Shown: positions 24,958 through 34,978 of the stretch, one piece after another
Position numbering within the stretch: position 1 is the first letter of the stretch
Layout of the letters: the number at the start of each line of letters is the position of its first letter
NCBI GenBank assembly: GCA_036393135.1
Contig: DASVWQ010000310.1
Location: forward strand, 1-51,177
Source of the DNA: Ktedonobacterales bacterium
GTDB taxonomy: Bacteria; Chloroflexota; Ktedonobacteria; Ktedonobacterales; JADMIN01
Direction: 5' to 3'
Length of the DNA: 51,177 nucleotides
Notes under the pieces: generated by a model
What the model saw: the letters and a program-made list of their open reading frames with translations, nothing else
Database searches by the model: none
What the model was told of the DNA's origin: nothing
Made by a program: the position numbers and the translations under genes

Positions 24958-26967
24958 ATGAGCCAGAGCCAGCCAGCCACTGAGTCCGCCATGCCCGCCG
25001 AGAGCCTCGACCAGCGCTACGACGTGATCGTCGTCGGCGCGGGGCATGCGGGCTGCGAGGCGGCGCTGGCGGCGGCGCGGATGGGACAGCGCACCCTGCT
25101 GCTGACGATGAACCTGGATAGCGTCGCGCTGATGCCCTGCAACCCCAGCATCGGCGGGCCAGCCAAGGGCCACCTCGTCCGCGAGATTGATGCGCTGGGC
25201 GGCGAGATGGGCCGCAATACCGACTGCACATTCATCCAGATTCGCCTGCTCAACACGAGCAAAGGCCCAGCGGTACAGGCGCTGCGCGCGCAGTGCGACA
25301 AGCAGGCCTATCGCCTCAGCATGAAGTACGCGCTGGAGAGCCAGCCCGGTCTCGATCTGCGGCAGGGAACCGTCACCGACCTCATCTCCAGCTGCGACGA
25401 GGATGGCCGCCCGCGCGTCACCGGTGTCATCACCACCACCGCGCGCTACAGCGCCGCCGCCGTCATCCTGACCACCGGCACGTTCATCAACGGGCGGCTG
25501 GTCGTCGGGTCGCGCACGCAGCCTGGCGGGCGCACAGGCGAAGGCCCCGCGCTGGGCATCTCCGACGCGCTGATGCGCCTGGGCCTGACGCTGCGCCGCT
25601 TCAAGACGGGCACGCCGCCGCGCGTGGACGCCCGCAGCATCGACTTCAGCCAGACCACGCCGCAGCCAGGCAGCCCCACGCCGCTGTACTTCTCGCGCGA
25701 GGGCGCCGCGCTGGAGGTCGCGCTGCCGCCAGGTCGCTCCAACCCCATCTATCCCATCTCGCCAGAGGCCGAGACAGCGTGGCGGGCGCAGACTCCTTGC
25801 TACCTCGTCCACACCACCGAGCGGACTCACGCCGTCATCCGCGCCAACCTGGACCGCTCGCCGCTCTACAATGGCGTGATCGAGGGGACCGGCCCGCGCT
25901 ACTGCCCGTCCATCGAGGACAAGGTCGTGCGGTTCGCGGACAAGCAGCGGCACCAGGTTTTTTTGGAGCCGGAGGGCTGGCGCACGGGCGAGGTTTACGT
26001 GCAGGGGATGAACACCAGCCTGCCCGAAGATGTGCAACTCGCCATGCTGCGCGCCATCCCTGGCATGGAGCGAGTCGAGGTGATGCGCTGGGGTTACGCG
26101 GTGGAGTATGACTACGCGCCGTCCGACCAGCTCAGCCTCAGCCTGGAGACGAAGGCCGTCGCGGGCCTCTTCCTCGCCGGACAGATCAATGGCACATCGG
26201 GCTACGAGGAGGCGGCGGCGCAGGGGCTGATGGCAGGCGCCAACGCCGCCCTCAGCGCGCGTGGCGAGCCGCCGTTCATCCTGCGCCGCGGCGAGGCCTA
26301 TATTGGCGTGCTGATCGACGACCTCGTGACCCAGCCGCCCAGCGAGCCCTACCGCCTGCACACCTCGCGCGCCGAGCGCCGTCTGCTCCTGCGCCACGAC
26401 AACGCCGACCTGCGCCTCTCTGAGCATGCCTGGCGCCTCGGCCTGATCGGCGAGGAGCGCTACGCGGCGGTCATGCGCCGCCGCGAGCTGATCGGCGCGA
26501 CGCTGGGCCAGCTGGACGCGGCCACCATCACGCCTTCCCGCGTCACGCAAGAGCAGGCCAGCGCGCTTGGCTTCGACGCCATCACCCAGCCGATGAGCGG
26601 CAGCCAGCTCCTCAGCCGACCAGCGGCGCGCTACTGGCAGGTGGCGCAGGTCGCGGCGGCGGCAGCGCTGCCCGACCTCGATGAGGACTCCGCGACCGAG
26701 GTGGAGTTGCGCGTCAAGTACGCGGGCTACGTGCGCAAGGAGGAGGCCAGCGCCAGTCGCTCGCTGCGAATGGAGGAGCGCCATATCCCCGGCGAACTGG
26801 CCTACGCCGAGCTGCGCGGGCTGCGGACGGAGGCGCGGCAGGCGCTGCTGCGGGTGCGACCGCGCACGGTGGGGCAGGCCTCACGCATCCCCGGTGTGAC
26901 CCCCGCCGATGTCGCCTTGCTGCTGATCCACATCGAACGTCTGCGCCGGACCGGACGCGGGGCGTGA
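24958..26967 (+). CDS. mnmG: tRNA uridine 5-carboxymethylaminomethyl modification enzyme MnmG (GidA)
   Basis: [46 protein letters not shown] and [11 protein letters not shown]. Confidence 0.97.
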   Translation: MSQSQPATESAMPAESLDQRYDVIVVGAGHAGCEAALAAARMGQRTLLLTMNLDSVALMPCNPSIGGPAKGHLVREIDALGGEMGRNTDCTFIQIRLLNTSKGPAVQALRAQCDKQAYRLSMKYALESQPGLDLRQGTVTDLISSCDEDGRPRVTGVITTTARYSAAAVILTTGTFINGRLVVGSRTQPGGRTGEGPALGISDALMRLGLTLRRFKTGTPPRVDARSIDFSQTTPQPGSPTPLYFSREGAALEVALPPGRSNPIYPISPEAETAWRAQTPCYLVHTTERTHAVIRANLDRSPLYNGVIEGTGPRYCPSIEDKVVRFADKQRHQVFLEPEGWRTGEVYVQGMNTSLPEDVQLAMLRAIPGMERVEVMRWGYAVEYDYAPSDQLSLSLETKAVAGLFLAGQINGTSGYEEAAAQGLMAGANAALSARGEPPFILRRGEAYIGVLIDDLVTQPPSEPYRLHTSRAERRLLLRHDNADLRLSEHAWRLGLIGEERYAAVMRRRELIGATLGQLDAATITPSRVTQEQASALGFDAITQPMSGSQLLSRPAARYWQVAQVAAAAALPDLDEDSATEVELRVKYAGYVRKEEASASRSLRMEERHIPGELAYAELRGLRTEARQALLRVRPRTVGQASRIPGVTPADVALLLIHIERLRRTGRGA

Positions 26968-27357
26968 GACGAGCGCCCGCAACTCATCCACCGTCATGAT
27001 GCTGGTTGCGCTGACCAGTGGCGTCGGGTGCAGCATGAAGTCCACCGCCATCCAGAGCGCCCGCGAGTGGAAGAAGAAGAGCAGCGGCGTCAGGATCGCC
27101 AGCGCCAGGCCGATGCCGATGGTGAGCGGGAGCGGCGCCCGCGCGAGCATTGGCGGGAATATGCCGATGACGATCAGTAGTTCCGTCACGGTCAGGTTGA
27201 TGGCCATCGAGCCAGTCCAGTAGCCTTGCTCACGCTCGAAGACCCAGCCACAAGCCGGACAGCTCTCGTACATCGTGTAGCCATGCCGGAAAAGCCTGCC
27301 AACGCCGCAACGCTCGCAGCGCAGCCGTATCGCCCGCCACAGCAGCAATCCAGTCAT
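26881..27357 (-). CDS. DUF983-like zinc-ribbon membrane protein
   Basis: [27 protein letters not shown] is a 4-Cys ribbon followed by two TM helices. Start set at ATG 27357. The 3' tail overlaps the mnmG 3' end. Confidence 0.7.
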   Translation of the reverse strand: MTGLLLWRAIRLRCERCGVGRLFRHGYTMYESCPACGWVFEREQGYWTGSMAINLTVTELLIVIGIFPPMLARAPLPLTIGIGLALAILTPLLFFFHSRALWMAVDFMLHPTPLVSATSIMTVDELRALVSRPASGPAQTFDVDQQQGDIGGGHTGDA

Positions 27358-27460
27358 CTCAACTCGCTCCCGCCGACGCCATCGCGTCTCGACTATCCGC
27401 ACTCCCTTCCTGCCAGTATACCGCACCCGACGCAGGCTGTGGTCGGCGGTCCATTGTCGC

Positions 27461-29866
27461 TCAGCGCAGATGGCGCGCGTCGCCGGTGGGCGGATCGCCG
27501 CCTTGCGGCGGCCAGCGCTCCGTCGAGAGCGAGGGTGGCGCGTCCGCCGCGGCTGTTCCCCAGGCGGTCGGCGTCGTGGACATCGCGTAGGTGATCGTGC
27601 GCGTCTGTTCGAGCGTCTCCAGCGGGAGCCAGAGCTGACTCGTCGGCGCGTCGTCAATCGCCATGGACTGGATGTATGGCGCATCCAGCGCCGCCCCAGG
27701 CGCTTCGAGATGGACGACATGCGAGCCGATGGTCAGCGTCACGTGCGGGAAGAGCGGGCTGCCCAGCACGAATCCGGCGCGTCCGGGCAGCAGCGGATAC
27801 AGGCCCAGCGCCGCCCACACATACCACGAGGACATCGCTCCCAGGTCATCGTTTCCCGGCAGGCCGCTGGGTGTATTGTGGAAAAGCTGCGACTCGATCC
27901 GCCGAACAGTCGCCTGAGTCCGGGCAGGCGCGCCCATGAAGTCATACATCCAGGGAGCGCCAAACGATGGCTCGTTGCCCATGTTCGCATACGGCGACGC
28001 TGGACCTGCGTTGAGCTGTGTGAAGAAGGTATCCAGGCGTCGGCGGGCGGCCGCTGGCCCACCCAGCAGCCCCACCAGCCCCGCGCCATCAAACGGCGTC
28101 ATCCAGGTATACTGCGCCGCATCGCCTTCGATATAGATGTCGGAGTCGGTCGGATCGAACCGCTCAAAGGCGCCTTCGCCATCGCGCGGCTGTGGATAGC
28201 CCGTTGCGGGATCGAAGCTCTTGCGCCAGTCCGCCGCCCGCGCCGCGAACTGGCGGGCGGCCGCGGGCTGACCGAGGTCACTCGCCAGGCAGGCGATGGC
28301 GTAGTCGTCGCTGTAATACTCCAGCGAGGTCGAGACGGGAACCCATGCGCCGCTGTCAGGTGGGACATATCCCAGCCGCAGGTAGGCCGACAACCCTGGC
28401 CGCTCCGTCGAGCCGCCCGCGCCAATACCGGGGCTCGTCGCCCCGGCCAGCGCCAGTCGCAGCGCCGCCGCCGTATCGAACCTGCCCGCGCCGAAGGCCA
28501 CTCCCTCCGCCAGGATCACCGCTGGCGAGTCGCCGATCATGATGCCTGTTTCGCTGTTCGCCAGCGGCCAGCGCGGCAACGCTCCCGCTTGCTCGCCATC
28601 GTTCACCAGCGATTGCATCATGTTGCTCGCTCTCTGCGGCGCCAGCAGCGCCAGCAGCGGGACCTCGCTACGGTAGATGTCCCAGCCGGAGAAGTCGGCG
28701 TACTGGGTGTAGCCATTCGCCGTGTGGAGCTTGCCATCGAAGCCTGGGTACTGGCCATTCACATCGCTGAACACAGTGGGCGCGAGTAGCGCATGGTAGA
28801 GCGCGGTATACAACACACGCTCACTTTGCGCTGACCCGCCGGTCGCCTGGACCCGATTGAGGAGGGAGTTCCAGGCGGAGTTGGCCGCCGCGCGCACGCT
28901 CGCGAAGTTCCAGCCAGGATTCTCGGCGTGGAGGTTGGCCCGCGCGTTTGCCTCGCTGACATACGAGATGCCAACCTTCAGCAGCAGCGTCTGATCCGCC
29001 GATGGCGCGAACCGCAGATAGACGCCGCTCCCGGCGCCATCCGCCACACGCGCGCCCGGCGCCGCGCCGCCTTGCCAGGCTCCATAGGTGGTCGCCGGTC
29101 TGCTGAACTGCGCATCGAAATAGACGGTATAGGTCGTGTGCAGGAAGGAGCAGAACGGTCCGCTCGTGACGTAGCCTACGACCTCGCTGGGGCTGACAAT
29201 CCGTGTGTGCGCCAACTGCGCCCCATGCAAATCCGTCCCCGTTTCCAGCGCCACCGTTTCCGTCGCGCCCGCCGGAAACCGCGCCTGAGCGAATCCGGTG
29301 CGCGTCGTGGCTGTCAACGCGACACTCACGCCATTCCCCAGGCGCACGCTATAGGCGCCCGGCGAGGCCGACTCATCGCGGTGGGTGAACGGCGCGCTGG
29401 AGAAAGCGTCGGCGACCGAGCCACTCGTGGGCATGAACGGAATGTCGCCGAAAATCGTGCAACCCGCGCCGTTCAGATGCGTCAGGCTGAATCCGCGAAT
29501 CCGCTGGTCTGTGTAACCATAGCCGCCTGAGCGCGCCGAGCCGCCCGTCGTGTCCGGGCTGAATTGCGTCATGCCAAACGGGACAGCCGCGCCAGGGAAG
29601 GTATTGCCAGCGGCGGCGTTGAGGCCCCAGTTCTCGCCACCAGCGGCAGTCCCCACGAACGGGTTGACGTAGCGCGTCAGGTCGAGTTGGCCTGCGGGCT
29701 GTGACGCTGGAGAGGTCGCGGACACAATCTGCGGCGCCGCCTGGGCTGGGATGATCCCGCGCACCCCGTAGAGGCCGTCCTGCAACACGCTGACCGCGGC
29801 GAGCAGCTCGACCAGCAGGAGCGCGCCGAGCGTCAGCAGGCCAGCCCCCGTGATGAAGCGACGCAT
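27461..29866 (-). CDS. Glycoside hydrolase family 92 (alpha-mannosidase-type), secreted or membrane-anchored
   Basis: YVNPFVGTAAGG...GNTFPGAAVPFGMTQFSPDT...GYGYTDQRIRGFSLTHLNGAG is the GH92 N-terminal signature. Start set at ATG 29866 (MRRFITGAGLLTLGALLLV). Confidence 0.85.
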   Translation of the reverse strand: MRRFITGAGLLTLGALLLVELLAAVSVLQDGLYGVRGIIPAQAAPQIVSATSPASQPAGQLDLTRYVNPFVGTAAGGENWGLNAAAGNTFPGAAVPFGMTQFSPDTTGGSARSGGYGYTDQRIRGFSLTHLNGAGCTIFGDIPFMPTSGSVADAFSSAPFTHRDESASPGAYSVRLGNGVSVALTATTRTGFAQARFPAGATETVALETGTDLHGAQLAHTRIVSPSEVVGYVTSGPFCSFLHTTYTVYFDAQFSRPATTYGAWQGGAAPGARVADGAGSGVYLRFAPSADQTLLLKVGISYVSEANARANLHAENPGWNFASVRAAANSAWNSLLNRVQATGGSAQSERVLYTALYHALLAPTVFSDVNGQYPGFDGKLHTANGYTQYADFSGWDIYRSEVPLLALLAPQRASNMMQSLVNDGEQAGALPRWPLANSETGIMIGDSPAVILAEGVAFGAGRFDTAAALRLALAGATSPGIGAGGSTERPGLSAYLRLGYVPPDSGAWVPVSTSLEYYSDDYAIACLASDLGQPAAARQFAARAADWRKSFDPATGYPQPRDGEGAFERFDPTDSDIYIEGDAAQYTWMTPFDGAGLVGLLGGPAAARRRLDTFFTQLNAGPASPYANMGNEPSFGAPWMYDFMGAPARTQATVRRIESQLFHNTPSGLPGNDDLGAMSSWYVWAALGLYPLLPGRAGFVLGSPLFPHVTLTIGSHVVHLEAPGAALDAPYIQSMAIDDAPTSQLWLPLETLEQTRTITYAMSTTPTAWGTAAADAPPSLSTERWPPQGGDPPTGDARHLR

Positions 29867-30086
29867 CAGTCGGCCAGCGGACCCGCGCGCAGGATGTGGG
29901 GCGCCCGCCGTTGCGCCTTTCAGGCGCGGGGTTCGTCGTGCTCGCCGCTCCACTCCGTGCCTCTTTGCTTCAGCGCCAACACCATCCGCCGCGTCACATC
30001 GCCATCATCCGCCAATCTACCTGCTACAACGAGCGTCGTTGGCAGGTGTATCCGCTGGCAAGCTCCCGATGTCGGCGCGACTCCGC

Positions 30087-30116
30087 TTGACAGGGCGCGA
30101 CCCGTGATTTTATGCT
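30087..30116 (+). promoter_or_regulatory. Candidate promoter of the SDR / acyl-CoA ligase pair
   Basis: TTGACA (30087..30092), 18-nt spacer, TATGCT (30111..30116). Confidence 0.35.
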
Positions 30117-30216
30117 GACTGTGCGTCCCTCGCGGGCGCGGGCGCCGCGTTCCCCTGTCATTGATGGTCAGATCACCGCTGATCGCGACCGTAACTGAGC
30201 AATTGGAGGCCAGGGC

Positions 30217-30987
30217 ATGGGTAGACTGACCGGACGAGTCGCGCTCGTGACGGGCGCGGGACGCGGCATCGGCGCCGCCACAGCGCGCCGTCTCGCCGAG
30301 GATGGCGCGCGGGTAACGCTGGCCGACCTCGACGTGGAGGGCTGCGAGCGCGTGGCGCAGGAGATCGCGGGCCTCGGCTCGGAGGCCGTCGCCGTCCGCT
30401 GCGATGTCTCGCGCAAGGAGGACGCGGAGCAGGCGGTCGCCACGGCCATCTCCACGTTCGGCCAGCTCGACATCCTCGTCAACAACGCGGGCATCCTGCG
30501 CGACAATCTCATCTTCAAGATGTCGGATGACGACTGGGACAGTGTCCTCGCCGTCCACCTGAAGGGCGCCTTCCTCTGCTCGCGCGCCGCCCAGAAGCAT
30601 ATGGTGGAGCGCAAGTACGGGCGGATCGTCAATCTCTCCTCGACCTCGGCGCTGGGTAATCGCGGGCAGGTCAATTACAGCGCGGCGAAGGCGGGCATGC
30701 AGGGGCTGACCCGCACGCTGGCCATCGAGCTTGGCCCGTTTGGCATTACCGCAAACGCCGTCGCGCCAGGCTTTATCGATACCGACATGACGCGGGCCAC
30801 CGCCCAGCGTCTCGGCTTGACACCGGAGCAGTTCCAGGCGGGCATGGCGGGCATGATCCCGCTGCGGCGCGTGGGGCAGCCCAGCGAGGTCGCCAGCGTG
30901 ATCGCGTTCCTCGTCTCGGACGACGCCAGCTATGTCAGCGGGCAGGTCATCTATGTCGCCGGCGGTCCGGCGGGCGTTCTGATGTAA
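30217..30987 (+). CDS. Short-chain dehydrogenase/reductase, 3-oxoacyl-ACP reductase (FabG)-like
   Basis: TGAGRGIGAA, NNAG, YSAAKAG and GITANAVAPGFIDTDMT. GGAGG lies upstream of the ATG. Confidence 0.85.
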   Translation: MGRLTGRVALVTGAGRGIGAATARRLAEDGARVTLADLDVEGCERVAQEIAGLGSEAVAVRCDVSRKEDAEQAVATAISTFGQLDILVNNAGILRDNLIFKMSDDDWDSVLAVHLKGAFLCSRAAQKHMVERKYGRIVNLSSTSALGNRGQVNYSAAKAGMQGLTRTLAIELGPFGITANAVAPGFIDTDMTRATAQRLGLTPEQFQAGMAGMIPLRRVGQPSEVASVIAFLVSDDASYVSGQVIYVAGGPAGVLM

Positions 30988-31079
30988 ACGCGCGGCCCTC
31001 GCGCGTCACAGGCGCGGAGAGCGTATGGCCCATCCGCGCGCGTCTCCTGGAGAGTCCCCCGAAGGTCTGGAGGCAAGCC

Positions 31080-32612
31080 ATGAATGTAGGCGCCTTGCTC
31101 ACGCATTCCGCAGAGACATCCCCCGACAAGACGGCGATCATCTTCCGCGACCAGCCGACCAGCTACGCCGAGCTGAACGCCCGCGCCAACCAGGTCGCGA
31201 ACGCGCTCATCGGCCTAGGTGTGGGCAAGGGTGATCGAGTCGGCCTCCTCATTCACAACATCCCCCTCTATCCAGAAGCCTACTATGGCATCCTGAAGGC
31301 CGGGGCGGTCGTCGTGCCGATGAATGTTCTCTACAAGACGGGCGAAGTCGCCTACATCATGCAGGATAGCGGCGCGAAGGCACTGCTGACTTTCGGGCCG
31401 TTCACGCCGACCGCGCTGGCGGCCAAGGCCGAGGCGCCGGAGCTGGCCAACGTCATCGCCGCCGCGCCGATGGATGTTCCGGGCGCGCTCTCCTGGGCCA
31501 AAACGGTCGGCGGGGCTTCCACAGCCGAGCCAGGCGTCGCGGTGGACGAGGGCGATCTGGCGGTGCTGTCCTATACCTCTGGCACGACCGGCCGCCCCAA
31601 GGGGGCCATGCTGAGCCACGGCAATCTGCTGGCGAACTGCGAGCAGAATAGCCACATCCCGGCAATCAGCCTGGAACCCACCGACATCGTGTGGCTGGCT
31701 CTGCCGATGTTCCACATCTACGGCATGAACGTCGGCATGAACAATACCGTGCTCTATGGCGCGACGATGTTGCTGGTGGAGCGCTTCGAGCCAGTCTCGA
31801 CGCTGGAGGGCATCCAGAAGCACAAGGTGACGGTGATCTACGGCGCGCCGCCCATGTTCATCGCCTGGTCACAGGTTCCCACCATCCGCGACTACGACCT
31901 CAGCAGCGTGCGCTTCATCGCGTCGGGCGCCGCCGCGCTGCCGGTCGCGGTCATCTCGCTCTTCCAGGATTTGACGGGCGCGCCCATCTCGGAGGGCTAC
32001 GGTCTCTCGGAGTCTTCGCCCGTGCTAACGGCCAACGCCGCCGGGCAGTACATCAAGCCTGGCACGGTCGGCCCGGCCATTCCCGGCGTGGAAATCAAGA
32101 TCGTCGACGAGAACGGGAACGAGCTGCCACACGGTGAGATGGGCGAACTGATCGCGCGCGGGGCGAACATCATGCAGGGCTACTGGAACCAGCCACAGGC
32201 CACCGCCGATACCTTGCGCGACGGCTGGCTCTACACTGGCGACCTCGCCACGGAGGACGACGACGGTTACTTCACCATCGTGGATCGCAAGAAGGACATG
32301 ATCGTCGTGTCGGGCTACAACGTCTACCCGCGCGAGGTGGAGGAGACGCTCTATCGGAATCCGGCGGTGGCCGACGCGGCGGTGGTGCAGTATCCCGACC
32401 CGTACCAGGGTGAGTCGGTGCTGGCCTTCGTCGTCCTGAAACCCGGCGCGACCGCGACGGCGCAAGACCTGATCGACTACTGCCGCAGCGAAATCGCCGT
32501 CTTCAAGTGTCCGCGCCGGATCGAGTTCGTGCCGGAACTGCCGAAGAACAACACCGGCAAGGTGCTGCGGCGCGAGCTGCGCGACAAGGCGAAGGCGCTG
32601 GCCAGCGCGTGA
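31080..32612 (+). CDS. AMP-dependent acyl-CoA synthetase/ligase (long-chain fatty-acid-CoA ligase-like)
   Basis: AMP-binding motif LSYTSGTTGRPKGAMLSHGNL, plus GYGLSESSP, YTGDLA and the C-terminal PKNNTGKVLRREL. Confidence 0.85.
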   Translation: MNVGALLTHSAETSPDKTAIIFRDQPTSYAELNARANQVANALIGLGVGKGDRVGLLIHNIPLYPEAYYGILKAGAVVVPMNVLYKTGEVAYIMQDSGAKALLTFGPFTPTALAAKAEAPELANVIAAAPMDVPGALSWAKTVGGASTAEPGVAVDEGDLAVLSYTSGTTGRPKGAMLSHGNLLANCEQNSHIPAISLEPTDIVWLALPMFHIYGMNVGMNNTVLYGATMLLVERFEPVSTLEGIQKHKVTVIYGAPPMFIAWSQVPTIRDYDLSSVRFIASGAAALPVAVISLFQDLTGAPISEGYGLSESSPVLTANAAGQYIKPGTVGPAIPGVEIKIVDENGNELPHGEMGELIARGANIMQGYWNQPQATADTLRDGWLYTGDLATEDDDGYFTIVDRKKDMIVVSGYNVYPREVEETLYRNPAVADAAVVQYPDPYQGESVLAFVVLKPGATATAQDLIDYCRSEIAVFKCPRRIEFVPELPKNNTGKVLRRELRDKAKALASA

Positions 32613-32871
32613 CGGGAGCGAGGGGGCGGCTAGGGGCGTGCGCGCCATAAAGGCCGCCTCCGCGGCCTGGGTTCGCGGTCGCGCGTGCCGGAATATGGGG
32701 TAGAAGGGACTGGGCGCCACAACTCGGCATGTCGCCGAGGACCCAGCCTGCGAAGACAGGCTTCGTGGCGCGCAGGGCGAGCGGAGCGAAGCGTCCCTGG
32801 GGATTCGGAGTTCCCACAGGGTCTTGGCCGCGGCGTTAGTCGCCCCTGTTCGCATAGCAGGAGGGTGAGCC

Positions 32872-33150
32872 ATGATTACGGCGCTGGTGCTGATGAACGT
32901 GGAGCGCGGTGGCGTGAACGAGACCGCGCAGGCGCTGCTGGGCATCCCCGGTGTGGCGGAGGTCTATTCGGTGACGGGCGAGTGGGACCTCGTGGCGGTG
33001 CTGAATCTAGCCGCCTACGAAGACCTCGCCACCGTCGTCACCGAGAAGATGATCGCCGTCCCTGGCATCCGCCGGACGCAGACGATGCTGGCGTTCAAGG
33101 CGTACTCGCGCGAAGACCTGGAGCAGGCCTGGGACCTCGGCGTGCAGTAG
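32872..33150 (+). CDS. Stand-alone Lrp/AsnC ligand-binding (RAM) domain protein
   Basis: 92 aa reading MITALVLMNVERGG...IPGVAEVYSVTGEWDLVAVL...IRRTQTML. This fits the AsnC_trans_reg fold pattern. No HTH is present. Confidence 0.75.
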   Translation: MITALVLMNVERGGVNETAQALLGIPGVAEVYSVTGEWDLVAVLNLAAYEDLATVVTEKMIAVPGIRRTQTMLAFKAYSREDLEQAWDLGVQ

Positions 33151-33174
33151 TCGCGGCGCCTCAGCCCGCCGCGA

Positions 33175-33453
33175 CTACGCCAGCGCCTCGATGCGATGGG
33201 CGAGCGCCACATCCTTCGCCGTCAGGCCACCCTCGCTATGGGTGGAAAGCGCCAACGTCACGCGGTTGTAGTTGATTGTGATGTCGGGGTGGTGGCCTAA
33301 CTCCTCGGCCACCAGCGCCACGCGGTCTACGAAGCCGATGCCCAGCGGGAATGTGGCGAAGGCGTAGGTCTTGGTCAACGTCTCGCCGTCGCGCGACCAA
33401 CCCGGCAGGCCCGCCAGCGCTGCCCTGATCTCCTCATCTGAAAGTCTCGCCAT
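33175..33453 (-). CDS. Pterin-4-alpha-carbinolamine dehydratase
   Basis: L.GW..........F.F..F..A..F...VA..AE...HHPDI...YN.V...L.TH pattern, seen as GHHPDITINYNRVTLALSTHSEGGLT. Confidence 0.9.
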   Translation of the reverse strand: MARLSDEEIRAALAGLPGWSRDGETLTKTYAFATFPLGIGFVDRVALVAEELGHHPDITINYNRVTLALSTHSEGGLTAKDVALAHRIEALA

Positions 33454-33479
33454 CGCTTTGCCTCGCTTTCTGCGCTACC

Positions 33480-34055
33480 TCAAATCGGCGACTGCCCTTG
33501 CCTGCGCCCGCGCTTGCGAGGCGCGCGGCGAGGATTGCCCTTGTCACGGCGAGGTCGGGCGTCGTCCTCGTCGCCGTCATCCTTGCCTGCCGGAGATGAC
33601 TGGCGGGCGGCAATCCGCCCGGCGAACCGCTTGCGCAGGTGGCGTGGCGGCTCGCTCATCCGCCGCTGGAGGTCGCCCACCCGCGCGGTGTCCGCGCCAT
33701 GCCCGCCCGCGCCGTCGCGTATCTCGCGATCATCGCTGACGACGGAGACAGCCTCGCCCCTGCCGCGCGCCTCCGCCGCCAGACGGACGATCACTTCGTC
33801 GGCGCTCTCGCCCGCCCGCGAGTAAATTATCAGCCCGCCCGCGAAGCCGTGCAGCGTCTCCCTGCTCTCGTGCGTCCGCGCGCCATCGAAGACGACCACC
33901 ACCTGATGGCGCGTATGCCGGTAGGTCGCAATCAGCCGCGCCAGCAGCGCCTCGCGTCCGGAGAGCAGCCCACCTGTCTGCTCGGCGCGGGCCAGCGCGG
34001 GCGTGTTGCGGATGACATTGTAGCCATCCACCAGAATCACTCGCGCGCCTGCCAT
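33480..34055 (-). CDS. YacP/Rae1-like NYN-domain ribonuclease
   Basis: VILVDGYNVIRN...VVVVFDG...IIYSRAGESADEVI...VSDDREI. Start set at ATG 34055 (GGAAGG upstream). Lies downstream of rlmB, as yacP does in Bacillus. Confidence 0.8.
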   Translation of the reverse strand: MAGARVILVDGYNVIRNTPALARAEQTGGLLSGREALLARLIATYRHTRHQVVVVFDGARTHESRETLHGFAGGLIIYSRAGESADEVIVRLAAEARGRGEAVSVVSDDREIRDGAGGHGADTARVGDLQRRMSEPPRHLRKRFAGRIAARQSSPAGKDDGDEDDARPRRDKGNPRRAPRKRGRRQGQSPI

Positions 34056-34149
34056 GTCGCCTTCCGCCCCTCTGCTCGCCCCGCGACGCCGCCCCGGCGC
34101 CCCTACGAGACAGCGTACCGCCAGCCTGGGCGTGGACGCAAGCGGTGGG

Positions 34150-34920
34150 CTACTCTGGCGCCTCCACAGGCAGGCCATCGGGGGCCTTCCATTCTCGCTG
34201 GCGCCAGATCTCGTAGAGCGCGACTGAGCCAGCGATGGCGGCGTTGAGCGAGCCGACATGCCCGCGCATCGGCAGGCTTACCAGCAAGTCGCAGTGCTCC
34301 TTCACCAGCCGACCGATGCCCTTGCCCTCGTTGCCCACCACCAGCGCGATGGGCCCTTTCAGGTTCGCCTGATCAAAGCGCGTCTTGGCGGAGCCGTCCA
34401 ACCCGATACACCACAGGCCGCGCTTCTTCAGGTCGTCCAGCGTGCGGGCCATGTTCGTCACCTGAGCCACCGGCATAAACTCCACCGCGCCCGCCGAGGT
34501 CTTGTCCACCGCCGGGGTCAGGCCCGCCGCGCGATGCTCCGGGATGATGACGCCGTGCGCGCCGACCACCTCCGCCGTGCGGATCAGCGAGCCGAGGTTG
34601 TGGACATCCTGAATCGCGTCGAGGACGAGCACCAGTGGCTCCTCGCCCAGCTCCTCCGCACGGCGCAGGATGTCGTCCACCTCGGCGTAGTGGCGCGGCG
34701 CGACCAGCGCCACCACCCCTTGATGGTTCGAGTTCTTGGAGATGTCGTCAAGCTGGCGGCGCGACGTTGGCTCGACTGGCACGCCGACCCGTCGCGCCTG
34801 GTCGAGGAGCTGGCTCAGGCCGGCGTCGCGCGGCCCCTGCGCGATCAGGATGCGATGCACCCGCCGCCGCGAGCGTAGCGCCTCCAGCACGGGGTAGCGC
34901 CCCCAGACATATTCCGCCAT
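34150..34920 (-). CDS. rlmB: 23S rRNA (guanosine-2'-O)-methyltransferase RlmB-like (SpoU/TrmH group 3)
   Basis: YVWGRYPVLEAL, then the SpoU body LDAIQDVHNLGSLIRTAEVVGAHGVI...LVVGNEGKGI...IPMRGHVGSLNAAIAGSVALYE. The start is ATG 34920 or GTG 34941. Confidence 0.85.
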   Translation of the reverse strand: MAEYVWGRYPVLEALRSRRRVHRILIAQGPRDAGLSQLLDQARRVGVPVEPTSRRQLDDISKNSNHQGVVALVAPRHYAEVDDILRRAEELGEEPLVLVLDAIQDVHNLGSLIRTAEVVGAHGVIIPEHRAAGLTPAVDKTSAGAVEFMPVAQVTNMARTLDDLKKRGLWCIGLDGSAKTRFDQANLKGPIALVVGNEGKGIGRLVKEHCDLLVSLPMRGHVGSLNAAIAGSVALYEIWRQREWKAPDGLPVEAPE

Positions 34921-34946
34921 GTGTATGCTACCTGCCCTCACCCCTG

Positions 34947-34969
34947 CCCCTCTCCCAGAGGGAGAGGGG
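34947..34969. repeat. 10-bp perfect hairpin (cccctctccc aga gggagagggg), same motif family as 3835..3889
   Basis: Base pairing checked by hand. It lies in the 38-nt gap between the cysS stop and the rlmB start. The flanking sequence ggggtgagagg echoes the gggggtgagg of the larger palindrome. Confidence 0.7.
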
Positions 34970-34978
34970 TGAGAGGAA

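Noticed and set aside
24799-26784. 661-aa minus-strand ORF
   Set aside because: It lies entirely antisense to mnmG, whose identity is unambiguous. Its translation is Arg/Ala/Gly-rich low-complexity sequence, typical of antisense frames in high-GC DNA.
27470-28789. 439-aa plus-strand ORF
   Set aside because: It is antisense to the GH92 gene. The same reasoning applies to the long antisense ORFs 35777..36619 (opposite cysS), 48485..49504 (opposite the SbcC-like gene) and 50013..50852 (out of frame over the SbcD-like gene).
30153-30190. Imperfect palindrome GGTCAGATCA-ccgc-TGATCGCGACC upstream of the SDR gene, considered as a possible operator
   Set aside because: The arms differ by an indel. 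No cognate regulator gene is adjacent, so the evidence is too weak to call.
32613-32871. 260-nt intergenic region with the hairpin aggccgc-ctcc-gcggcct, considered as a possible riboswitch or terminator
   Set aside because: The 7-bp stem has no U-tract and I recognise no riboswitch consensus. It is not assignable by eye, although an Rfam scan would be cheap.
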